Positions 1 to 12,200 of a DNA stretch of 64,000 nucleotides are shown one piece after another. The notes beneath the pieces are model-generated. The model saw only the letters and a list, made by a program, of their open reading frames with translations, was not told the DNA's origin and ran no database searches. Location: assembly GCF_003704095.1 (NCBI RefSeq), contig NW_020844647.1:186001-250000 (forward strand), written 5' to 3'. Position 1 is the first letter of the stretch; each line of letters begins with the position of its first letter. The translations under genes and the position numbers were made by a program. This DNA comes from Pocillopora damicornis. Taxonomy: Eukaryota.

Positions 1-43
1 GTGGCTCTAAGGACGGCAATACTAAGTAACTTGTTATCAATAC

Positions 44-1119
44 CTCTTGACTTATTTTGCCTCCCAGATGAAATTTTTCGCTGTAAATCACGCTGTAAAT
101 AAGATGTAATTCCTCATCCTCCAGACGAGCCATCTTTCTTTTGTCAAGCTCAGTTTCCTGCAGTATATAGTCCAGATCTGGATCTTTGAAATATTCTTGG
201 TCTAATTTCCCCAGCTCCAGTTCTCCCATATCATAGTGAATCTTGACATTACCCTCCACCATGGCTGTTATGAATCCAATGTCTATCCAGCTAAGTGACA
301 GAAGCAAATGACGTCGTCTTTCGGGCATCATGAATTAATACAGGGGAGATTTTAAGCGATACACCACTCACAGTGTGAGCTGTTGACTTTGGAGTCCCTC
401 AGGTTTGTTTGTGGTTGCGTGGCGATAAATTTATCTGACCCCCGCTAAGGCTCTGTAAAATTCTTATTACCCCCTCCCCCTCACTGGCAGCCAATTGCCA
501 GTCAATTTTTTATAGTCCTCCCTTTATACTCTGTTGTTAGTGACGACTATTCCCCTTTCCGTTCCCCCTGAAAAATTTGTGACCCGCCCTCCAAAATCCT
601 CCACACTCCCCCACCCCCCTCTGGCGATAAATAATGGCTGGTCTCCTTCAGTTCCCCCCTGCTTAGTGAGAGGTTATAAATGGGGAAAGGGAGGTGAGCC
701 ATTGGAGTTCAAATCTTTAAATACATATAAACAGCAAAACTCTGTGGATCATATAAGCAAGTTAAAAAGTATTACCTTTCCAGAGCTAACAGACGATCTT
801 TTAAAGTTCTCTTGCAATCCACTTCATCCTTATTCTCGACTTTTTCACTAATTATCTCTAAGTTATTTTGTAGTCGTTTTCTTGAGTGAATAAGTTCCAA
901 AAAATTTGTCCTTTTTTCCTCCTTTATATAACTCTCTAGTCCTGCAATAGTTATAAATTCCTTTTTGGCAAACAGCTGCTGAGATATCGGCCTCAGCCTC
1001 CGCTTCACCATGAGCACGAATGGTTTTACATCTGAAACAGTGTTTGGACCATGAAGTACGGGATAGTACGTGTAACCAAAATTCAACTTGGCAAATGTTT
1101 TAAGAATCTTCCTAATCAT
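44..1119 (-). CDS. Divergent gasdermin-like (GSDME/PJVK-related) pore-forming N-terminal domain, first two coding exons; gene continues past the left edge
   Basis: Exons 1119-776 (cag|ATG...GAA AG|gt) and 290-44 (tag|C...GAG|gt) splice in phase to give MIRKILKTFAKLNFGYTYYPVLHGPNTVSDVKPFVLMVKRRLRP...SWIDIGFITAMVEGNVKIHYDMGELELGKLDQEYFKDPDLDYILQETELDKRKMARLEDEELHLIYSVIYSEKFHLGGKISQE. By eye this follows GSDME-N motif order (AVSNLNDSDKLQLLSLVTKKK; FGTLRKQEVDLQQL; EVLCVLTQKITT..QVEE). A probable non-coding first exon ends at a GTAAG donor near 2045. Confidence 0.65.
440..660. repeat. Dispersed repeat (ggctctgtaa...cagtcaatttt...tttatactctgtt family)
   Basis: Shares blocks with 8390-8620 in the same order. 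Confidence 0.55.
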
Positions 1120-1289
1120 CTGAAAAAACAACAACATGTATGATAGATGAGAGTCACTCCATACCGAGTCTTGAGATTAAGAGCGGATTAGAAGCTGTTT
1201 TTGATTAAGCCTTTACACCCTAACATCAGTGGTTTGTGGTTTTGCAGCTTGTAAGAAGGCGAGGTAAAGAGAAAGTCTATCTCGTGAGA

Positions 1290-1480
1290 TGTGGCACATC
1301 TAGCCAGAACTTATCCCAATTTCTATAACGTGAAGCAACAAGGAGTATTGTTATTTCCCCTTGATACAAGCTTCCCTGACAATTCATCAGTACCCAGTAC
1401 TCCTAAGTGGAGAAACCCGCCAGGACTCGAACCTAGACCTCTCGACCCGGAGCTCATCACGCCAATCGTTAGGCCACTCA
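1290..1480 (-). mobile_element. Degenerate tRNA-derived SINE
   Basis: The reverse strand carries a B-box-like ggttcgagtcc (plus strand ggactcgaacc, ~1423-1433); the body resembles 31120-31380. Confidence 0.45.
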
Positions 1481-3672
1481 ACTTGTAAACAAGTGACTAT
1501 CTTAATGATGAACATGCAGCCGGTATCGAGATGAGAGCGTTTAAATGAAGCGTGACCAGATTTTAATTTGCAACATGAAACATGACTCAGCTTTAAAATG
1601 CTTCGGAAAATGTTTAAATCCCTCTTTGTTCGTTTAAAGATAAATTAACAATCACAAATTCCTGAAGTTCAATGAATTCGTTTGATTAGAATTCTTCGTT
1701 GTTTTAAATCTAGAGCGCTACCTCAACCTTCTTGTGTTGCCGACAGATATACGTCTCCGAGCTATGTAATTTTAAGATTTTGGTTCCTTGAAAAAATTGC
1801 TTCCCAATTAGTGGGTTCAATGCAAAAATATCACTGTGTCTCACACGACCGCGCAATCAGACTTTAGACCGCGGGAATCGTATCCAAAGAAAAACCAACC
1901 AATGTTTTTATTTCTCAGGAATCTTATCTTCCCTAGCTTCTGAACAATGTTCAAGTTCCGCTTTGTCAAAACTAAAACAATATCCCAACGCTTCAAGAGT
2001 TGCAAGATAATTTTAACCCTCCAAGGATTAAAACATCAACTTACCTCGGTGTTTATTCGGTAACGAAGCTACCGTCAGATGACCTTTGTATGCCGAGGCA
2101 AGAACAACCAAAACTCGCAAGTATTTCTCCAATGTTGGTAGCGTCACGGATCGCAGTATTTACGAGAGTGCTCATGCAAATGCTAATCCTTCTGAAACGG
2201 AATAAATTTGAACAAAACGAGCCACAGAAACAGGGAGAGGATGATTTGGTCATGTATATTAGATATCCAAAGTTATTAAAGTCAAGAATGCACAAATCCG
2301 TGATCGATTTTTTTAATGTTCATTTTTCACTTTGAGGCTTTTATTGTTTTGTTGATATAACTAATACATTTAATTAGTGTTATGGGTTATGAATGATAAA
2401 AACCATGTCGATTCATTTTTAAAATTGATCTCATTTTTGAATCCTTTGAAGCCTTATTTTATTTCATATATATGGATGAGGTTTTAAGTTTGAATTTTCC
2501 GTATAGTTGAAGCTCAGTGTGCGAGCGTTGTCAGCCAGGCAAGCAGAGAAGCGTAGCAACTGTACTTGTTATGGAAATGCGACGATAAATCAAATAGCAC
2601 TTGAGAATGTTTTGATGTTTTTTACTGTTTTGCTGTTTTTCCTTAGTCAGTCAGTTGCTTGATGAATTTTTCTGTTTGAAGTATTAAACTAAAAACCGTA
2701 AAGAAAACAAAAGAAAACTTTAAAACAGAAAAAAAACTGAAAGAGGTGTACACTGTGCATAAAGAGGGGAAGTATTGGCTTGTTAACTGATAACTATGGG
2801 TGTTCGTGATACAGGCCCCCCTCCTTTTAGGTCATCAACATAAAAGTTATAAAATTCAGCAGATGATTCGACAATTCTAGACACTCCACCTGCCGATCTT
2901 TCTCGCCGCGTGAGAACGTGCCCGCTGATTGTTCGCGGGACTTTTTTCGACGTCGTCCCATTGTTATTTTACCTTCATTGTCGAGATCTTTCTGATTAGT
3001 TATTGGCTGGTTGATAAAGGCCACCACACCTTTGAGCCTCTCAGTTCACGAGGTCAGCGACCTGGAACACGAGGCTTTCACCAAGAACATCGATCATCTT
3101 TTTAGCTGAGTATGCGCAGACATTTTGTTATTCGTGGTATGATGTAAAGTACTGCAATACGTGAAGTTAACACAATCGAGAGGAACTAGTTTTGGTTCTC
3201 AATCATAAACAATTTTTTTTAGTGATCCGGCACCCATGATACCGAGATGATAACAATTTCTAACCAGGACTAAAAGATTTTAATGTAAAACAGTAAAAGG
3301 ATCTTGAATTGAATCAACGTATCCCTGTTGAGCATGCGCAATAGCAGGAGAAAGCAATTCCCTTCTCGGAGGCTGTGATACGTTTTGCCAACGTCAATAG
3401 TTCGTGGCAAGAGAGGACATCGTTAAAAAATATATAAATGTAGTGGATGAGCTGCGATCGACACTTTGCGAGCGAGCAAAAATTTTCACTGGTCTGGGAA
3501 GGAATAAGAAAGGATTCACGCCGCTCTCATCCGCCTTCCTCCATTTTCTCTCTCTTGTCCCACTTTTTCACTCGCCCCCACAAATATAGATAAGTGGATG
3601 CAGTTGTACGTGACTTTAGCTTAAGATCAACAGTTTAATATATCTTTACGTGGCTTTTTGTTTTTGCACCAG

Positions 3673-4697
3673 ACAACAAGCGAGCTTATGTTTATGTGCG
3701 CTTTGAGACTGGTGACGAGATATCTCACAGGGCGAAGTTTGCCTTTATTACTTGGATTGGGTCTAAAGTAGACCCTCTTAGGAGGGCTAAAGTCAGCACT
3801 GACAAGCAATTCAAGGAAATTTTTTAAGTCAGTATTTGATTATAGATTTTCTTCTAGAGATTCTTTAAAACCTGATCTTTTCCCCTTGTAACTTTCTTTG
3901 GCTAAGTTCGCTAACGATGGTGTGAGACTAGGTGCAAAGGTTTACGTCACTTGGTTTACTAATTCAAAACAGACTAAGACTAACAGGTTCCTAACTGATG
4001 TCAACAGCTGCCGACACCTTAGGCAGGACTTGTTCACGGCATTTACACGGCAAACGAACCGAGCAGAACAACCGAACATTACCGAAGGATCGCAAATGAT
4101 CGATCAGGACCGACCTAACATAAACGAGTCTTTCAGTCAATAACGTCACTGCAAAACTGACTAATCAGTTTACGCGAACCAGACCTGCAATTCTCTTTGT
4201 CTGTATCTCTTTCACCTTTCTCCTGTCACCATAGGTCTGTATTTCATGGTCTTTATCCGTTTTCTGTTTAAAATTCTAGATCAAGTTGGCTCCCCTTTTT
4301 CCTTGCTTTTAAATTTCCTTTCTTTTAACAATTTATTTTATATTTCTTATCTCTGTTTTGTTTTATTCAGGCATTTTTACCAGTCTTTCTGAGATTTCAC
4401 TGTGTCCTTTTTCTTTGTTTTTGTTTCATTTAAGTCATTTCCTTTATCCTATTCCACTTTATTTACGTTTCTTTTTTTCTTCTTCGTATTCTTTTTTAGC
4501 TATTCGACAAGGAAGTCCTGACGAACGAAAAAAAGGAGTTAGCCAATGACAGGATACTGGGAGTTCTTAAGAAAGCAAGTGGTGCCGCGTACAGTTCAAG
4601 TCATCAACGGCTGGACCTCTACGTACTGCAATGTCCGACTCCACACGGTATCGAGTTGTTGGAGCCACATACACTCAGGCTTATTTCGCTCGCTTAA
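3673..4697 (+). pseudogene. COTL1: Coactosin-like (ADF-H domain) gene fragment with premature stop
   Basis: Exon 3673-3827 reads NKRAYVYVRFETGDEISHRAKFAFITWIGSKVDPLRRAKVSTDKQFKEIF*. Exon 4500-4697 reads LFDKEVLTNEKKELANDRILGVLKKASGAAY.... These match the COTL1 motifs FVRFTTGDAMSKRSKFALITWIGE and NFAKEFVISDRKELEEDFIKSELKKAGGANY. TAA at 3825-3827 sits directly before the GTCAGT donor. N-terminal exons were not found. Confidence 0.8.
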
Positions 4698-6225
4698 CAA
4701 TAAGTTAATTTAATACAAGTCTTAAATGTATTTCAGTGTGTTGGCACCCTTTGGTTGATTCATCAACTTGTCCTTGGAAACAATAACATTGTAAAAACAA
4801 AAGAAAACAACAAGTCATGGGTAAATGTTTTGTTTCTGTTTTGTTATTGTTGTTGAATTTCTTACTACTAACTCGAATTCACTTGGACTAATATGGACCA
4901 ATTTTATTTAAACCATGAACCTACACAATACAGTAGAGACCGAAGATAGTCAGGACTGTGTCACCCATGTAAATGTCACTCAAAAATAAATTTCTCTCCC
5001 GAAGAATTTCGCGAATGGCTGGATGTAACTACTGTCTTGAACGGCGTCAGACTTCAATTTCAGCCAAGAGGAAATAACGGTCCCATTTCAGTTTTCACTT
5101 GTTTCAGCATCTCATATAGAGACAGCGTCTAGTTCAAGGACGAAACTTAAAAAATCCGTCGTCGGTGTCCTCGTTTTCAGACCCGGCGGAGTTTGGTGAT
5201 TTCAGGTTATTGTTCTTCAGAAGACAGCTACGAAATGTACAAAGTTTTAAAACGCACGTTTTCTGTGCCGAGACCGTCGTGGTTTGCTAAGGCCCGTTGT
5301 ATTTCTCCTTCGAGTGTTTAATCCTCATGCCTTTAACCTGATCAATTTGACGTTCTTTAAATTGCGAGATAAATTGGGCTTCGCATCCCTTGTTTTTTTC
5401 TTTTTTTACCTTAACGATTAGTTTGCGCATGGTAGCTACATTATAATTACTTGCGTTGAAACCCCACATTCTCGTTCTGTCACTTGGCTCCAATCCTCAT
5501 GCGACTCGTTTTAAACGGTCAAAAACTCGAAGAATAATGAGAAAACTTGAGGCGACTGCAAAAAGTGACAAAAAAAGTTCGCAAATGGTATAAATTTTTA
5601 ATGACATGTTTCCTCAGTGATAAGTCTGTTCTGCTGAAGGTATTTATTCGCCTTGTACTGTAGCAAGCGAAAATGAGCAACATTCCATTTAGTTTGGTGG
5701 GAGCATTTTATACTATATGGTTTCGGAGAGGGAAAAGACGAAAAAGAAAAGTAAACACCTTGTGAATGATCTGTCTATCACAAACCATGAGAATTTCAGA
5801 AGGGGCATCTTGAAGAAAACTTAAGTGGTTCTTACAACCAGAACAATAGTTTATTTCACGAGGAAGTAAAACCACCCAGAGATGCTGGACTCGCGAAGTC
5901 AAGAAAGCAAACATTATTAGTTTCTTTTCGCAAAATATTTAACTTCCATGGATTCCGAGATTTTGCTATGTTTCTCCTGAACAAATTTTCAAGAATTCAG
6001 GAAATTTGTTCATACAAGAAGTAGGAATTCAGCTGTTTCTACGCCGGATATAGCTTGTGGCCTCTATAACTCGAAGTACGATGTCGACGAGGCGAACACG
6101 ACGATGACATATCTCACTACGTCCTCGCTCCCAGGTCTCTCTATCGTCTCTATGCCTTCGCTCCTTCCGGTGGCTAGGAAGAGAAAATACTCACAGAAAC
6201 GTGTTTATGTCGCTGTTGCTGTTGC

Positions 6226-9200
6226 CTATTCCGTTTGAGTGTCATTTGCTATAACCGCCAGGAATTCCTCCTCTCGGTTGGACTGGGTTGTTAGCTCATC
6301 GCTGAGCCTCCATATTTTGATTCGACCTTGTGAATCACCGGTGGCAAGTGTCTGACGCCTAGAAACAAACAAAAAAAAATTAACCGAGGAATATCGACTT
6401 TGATGGTTGTATTTCACAGTATGGAAGCCCTCGGCACCGGTTGCAACTTTTCCCAGACTTCTCAGTGGCCACTATAGCTGACTAGCCAGACCAGTTACAT
6501 TGTTTCCCGCGCTTTTCGCCGTCCACACACTGGTTACTTTTATTTCCCGCGCTTCTCTCTGATTATGTGTTTTCCGAGCTTGGTTTGTCGTTGACTCATC
6601 AGTCACAAATTTTCCCGCGCACAGAAAAACAAAATATTTTTATATCGAGCTCCGCTTAAATTTAGTTTACATCGCACACCAACAATAATGACAAAGTAAA
6701 TTTTTAAAAATTTGCAAGACATGAATAAACTACACAGTAGCTACAACAGAATAAAGGAATACCTTTGAAGGTTGTACTCCAAGGAATATACCGGTGATTT
6801 GTCTGTTGTGACATCGAGCGTGACCACTGGGTTGATCCGGTCAACCTAGAGAAAAACAAGACATTCTTACAGCCATTTTCCAAATCGGCAGCAAATTATT
6901 ATTTTTTAATTCCTTAACCAAAATGGAGACTGAAATATCAATATGGAAGGATAACAAGCAAGAAGGCCCTTTCGGAAAAAGGGTCAATGAGTGTTGTAAA
7001 ATTTTCCAACAACTACGCTACGTTAGGCAAGAAAATTGGCAGAACATGATAGTCCTCTTTCCAAACGTAATCCGTCCCACGAGTCGAGTGAGTAAAGCGC
7101 ATTTGGATCGAGTGTCGTATAACCAAAACCATTTGAAAGTAATCACAGCAGCCAATTAGAGAAGAGCAAAATATCACAGAGAGCCAATCAGAACTAAATT
7201 CAAAGCTAGCAAATTATCTGGAGAACGCGGGTAACCAAGTCGCGATTGGTTTTAGTTTCAGTTTTGAATCTGATTGGTTGAGAGGGCGAATTGATGGCGC
7301 GAGATTTCATGGTCAAAGAATTTAGCTCCCTTGTTTCCAGAAGCACTCTTTTCGAAGTTCTGAATTTCGGGGAATTTTTAATGTTAACAGTAATTACCCA
7401 ATACACTCACCTTCAAATCATAAATCAGCAAGCGGCCATCCGTAGTAACGACGGAAAATACCAACGGGCGTGAAGGAGACCACCGGACCCTAAATAGATA
7501 CCCCGCTCCGGGCTCCACTGAAAATAGGGGCTTGGACTGTTTGAAAATAAAGGCACCTTAATTTTGAAGACCGTCCTACACAGGTCAACTTAGAGTCTGA
7601 GTACAACTGCTCTGATAAACAGAATAGCTCTGTTTAAAACGCTTCCTTTGGCAGGAAGAAATTAAGTTTACCAGATAAATAGACTACCAGCAGAGAACTT
7701 TTATCTTCTGCTTTCTTCTATAAAAAGAACACAGAAAGGCCGAAACGAGTCATAAATTCTCATTTTCTTATGGAACACAGCTTGATTGTCAAATAAAGTT
7801 TACAACTGTAAACAAGCGCGCATATTACTAAAATGACTATAAACCTTTCGGTTCTATGTGATTACCATTCCGGTTTTTCGGTTTCGATGAAAAAGTTGAC
7901 TGTTTTCCATTTTCTAACGGCACCCAGCGCCCCCTCTTACATTCGACAGGCAAATTAACTCTCCGGAAAAGAAAAGAAAATCCTACTTGTTGCCAAAGAA
8001 AAATATGCCCTACCTGCAACATGGAGTAGAGCCTAACAGATGCATCTGTACCACAAGTAAGGAAGAGATTCCGGTGATAAGGTGAACAGTCAACTGAAAA
8101 CACAGGCCCAAAGTGAGGAGAGAAGGCAAAAGTTACAGGGGAACGCAGCGGAACGGAGCTCTGAACATCTGCAAGAAAACGAAAGACAGAATTAAAGAAA
8201 TTGTGCAATTTTATCTTGTTGTTCATGAACATGGGATAAAGATAAACCGTTCCATGTGCAGCGAGGTCTCTACGTCATGATTGCAAACCAAATAGTTTTC
8301 GTTCAGCCCTAAATCACTCCATGAGGGACTGGTCATTAGTTCCCCTATTGTGGGGGAGGGGGTTGGGGGTTGTAGGAGTCTGATTGTGTTACGTGATACC
8401 CCGTATGGCTCTGTAATATCACTATAATCCAGTCAATTTTTGTAGTCATCTTATTAATGCAGTCAATTTTCTATAGCCCCCCTCCCCCCTCCGTTTATAC
8501 TCTGTTGGCGATGACTGATCCTCCTTCCGTTCCCCCAAAAAACCATGTGATCCCCCCAAAAAACCATGTGATCCCCCCTAAAACCATGTGATCCCCCCTA
8601 AAACCATGTGATCCCCCAAAATTTGCACAATTACTATGAATTTGTCCCCTGTTGTATTAAGTTGCAGAAAAAAAGATATCCAAAATGATAAATACCATTC
8701 TCTAAGGTTTGAATTATCCTTTTACGTGCTTGTGGTGTTAAAGTTTTAAATTAATGATGATCATGAAACTTTTGTTGTTCATAGCGTGTTGACGCAAGTG
8801 TTATGTCTATGCGATACACTTCTTACTTGTCACGGGAGGTCCTCTTGATGTCATGGAACATTTAAATACTCCCCCAGCCTCTGAGCCGAGCACAAAAAGA
8901 GTGCGGTCCTCATGAGAAAACGACATACTAGTCACTGAAAGTGAAAGGACACGGTCAAATTCTGCGAAGCTTTAAGCACGGTGACCACAACATGGGCGTA
9001 GCCAGGATTTTTCAGTGGGGATGGGGGGGAGGGGGGTCGGGTCACACTTTGTCAAACAGAGGGTACTCACCATATTGCAATGTCGACCTCTACGCCGTGT
9101 TTAACTTAATGTGACAAAAAAAGGCTTACCAACGTGGAGGGGGACCCCCAACAAATTTCCTAACTACAAAACTTTTGGTTGAGCTTTAGAGTGAGGTAGG

Positions 9201-12200
9201 TTGGTAGAAACACTAGCTGCCGCTGCCTGATGAAAGGGCTTGTGAATGATTTTTGGTTGTTTCTAAAACACAACTGCAAAAAAAGCAACATGCAACACCT
9301 TGCAAATAGTTCCCATGTACAACGATAGACAAAATCATTAAAAACTCTATGTTTGAAGTTAGACACCTCATCGTTTAAGCGCTTTGTTCGAGTACTAACG
9401 GAAACAGTATCTACTGGTTTAACTTCAATAACACATATAATACACTTAGGACCCCCAAAAGACGAAGAAAACCCAACAATTTAAAAATATCACCTCCCAT
9501 TTCAGCATCACCGCGGGCTTTGCTCAACCGCATGCTTCGTGGAACACTGTCTGTCTGTAAAATGAAACCGCCGACTAGTTTGAGATCACGTGAGCCTGGA
9601 GTCATCTGCCATACCAGGACTTTGCCATCGCCACTTATGCTTAGGATCTGGAGGCAAATGAAGGTCACAGAACAATAATGGTTAACCTGATAATATCGCA
9701 ATCATCTGTTGAACCAAAATCCTTTGACGTACCTGATACTTCGTCCCCTTAGAGCTGGAATCTAAAGTCCACAAGACCTGATAGGAAAAAAAAAAGATTA
9801 TGCTGAGTTAATAAGGAAGAACTCTAGATAATGTGGTATGTTTTTCAAATAAAAACTTTGTTCGCAATTCAAAGAAGTAAAAGATTTTTATCCTGGAGAG
9901 AGGAAGGCAACACAGCGTTTGTTAAACAGTATACCTTACTAACGGGTTCCCGGTGTGAATCTGATCCCATTCCTGATGTAGCAAGGACAGTCTCATCCTC
10001 TCTTCCAGTGTCCCAAACTTGTATCTCTCCTAAATAATACATGACAGTAACCAGCTAACCTCTGCTAACTATGTTGCCTCTTGATATCATAATGATGACA
10101 AATAAAGAAACTAATCGATTAAACGCTCGCAGTTGCGAATGGCTACAAATTAAAAAATCTTTCGACCGTCTTGATCAATATCACTCAGTGGAATTGACAT
10201 CTCTGCGCCTTTCGTTAACACTCTCAATTATCTTCCATGTTGCAATTCAGTTCCATTTTAAAGCTAGCATTTGTGTTTCTCTTGGTAGATAACCAACATT
10301 TGATCGACTGAAAAGCGTTGTCAGCTAATGGGAATTTTGACATCCGCTAATATGGAGATGAAACTCAAAGCCAGCCAATTCGTGCAAGCGGTTTTTTCAA
10401 TTTTCAGTTCCATTCCTCTCGCGGCGAATCGTTTTCGCATACTTATCGCTAAACGCTTTAAGAGAAGCACCCTTATCGATTACTTCCTGTAAGATTTGCG
10501 TAAGGGGGAGGGGGGGTTCTTGTTGACTAAAAGGCTTTAAAACGTTCATTTTCAACCGTTTCGTTGAAATTGTCTCAAGAGTTTTGTTGAGGATTGTAGC
10601 ACAAATAAGTCGTGGATCGATCTCGGAGATATTAACTACCTTTAAAGGAAGGGATTCTCCAAAGCCTCTCGGGGAGCAAAGAATCGCAGAGACAATAAAG
10701 GAGTTAATATTTCACTTTTTAACCAGGATAACCTAGCAAACTACATCCCAAATGTACCATTAAATGATCCTCCAGCGACAACCGATGGCAGATTTGGATG
10801 AAAAGCAATACACATCAAGCAACTCTGTTGAGAAAACAACAACAAAAGATAGCTTTACCATAGTTCTTTTTATCATTGCTGCTCCCTCATAAGAGGTTAG
10901 ATTTATCCTTGACCAATAGACAAAAAAAAAGAACTTCAGTATTGTAGTCTTCTTTTATGGTATATGCACATTACTATGTAAAACTGCTAACTTTTTCAGA
11001 AAGCGATCAGAATCTCTAGAGAACCCTGATGTGATTCAACATTTCATTCCCAAGATCTCATTAGTAATTCTCCTTACTGTCTTCCATACAATTCTTATGA
11101 TGTTAGTTATAAGAATTTGGCATTGAATCAACTAATAATTCCCTGGCTGATATCTCTACTTATTCGCATTACTTGTCTGATGGATATTATATTGGTGCTG
11201 TAAGGAGAAAATCTGTCTTAGTCACTCGTGGGAGTTAAGGATTACCTCAAACACCAGCAGGTTCTAGCACCTTTCTGAGTTATTGTTAGCAGAGGAATTA
11301 CTCATATAAGCTGCAGTACTTACAGATAGATCAATGGTGATATCAGGCTTGTTTGGATCAATTGCTCTCCTGTCAATGTTCCAAGTACACAGGGCAGACT
11401 GTCAAAGGAACGACCACATCAGTTGACAAAAATAGAATGGAATCATTTGTGATTAACTAAGGCCTGGAACTAAGAATTGCTCCTGCCCCAATGATTCAAT
11501 GACCCTGGCCTCGAGAAATGGTTGCATTGTATGACAAAGAACAACAGGAATCTGTGAAGATTACTCTCGTAGTCAATCTTAAGTTGTTTAGAGCTATTTT
11601 TCTACAATTTAGTAGGTACGTTCATATGTGACATACATGAAGTAAAACACATTTTGTAATCAACATTTACACACCTTATGAGAGCACCAGTGTTCATGAT
11701 CAAACCTTCCATAGCTAACATTGTGTAGTTAAGTCGAACTTTTATCTTAATCTTGGTTTTAAACACTTGATGCAAAAATGCTGACATGTAGAAAGCCTTC
11801 ACCATGAATGATAAAATGTAATGGCTTCACAAGTAAACACTAACATAACAAAATTCGTTTGCATGAGGTGAATGGTGGAAGTTAACCAAGTTTTCAAATT
11901 TTAATCATATTCCTCCACAATAAATTTCATACAGTTTTCAACCTGTCCAAGCTGTTTGTCAGTTTTAAGAATGACTAAATATTTCTCTTGGTCGTGAGAA
12001 TTAAACTTAATGTTAAGGATACGAGACAGCGATTACTGAACCAGTGGAATTCCATGACAAGCCAGTAACCTGTAGCTAAAAAGTGGAGCAAAATGAAAAA
12101 TTATTCAATTTTGTCAAGCTTTGGTAAGTTACATCCGATAAATAATTTGACAATACTCATAAAGATTAGCAAATAATTGTAATAAGACTTGAAATTTGTT

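Noticed and set aside
2000-2335. 111-aa (+) and 80-aa (-) ORFs upstream of the gasdermin-like gene
   Set aside because: No recognisable motifs. The frame that would splice to the ATG exon has an in-frame stop, so this region is better read as 5'UTR or promoter.
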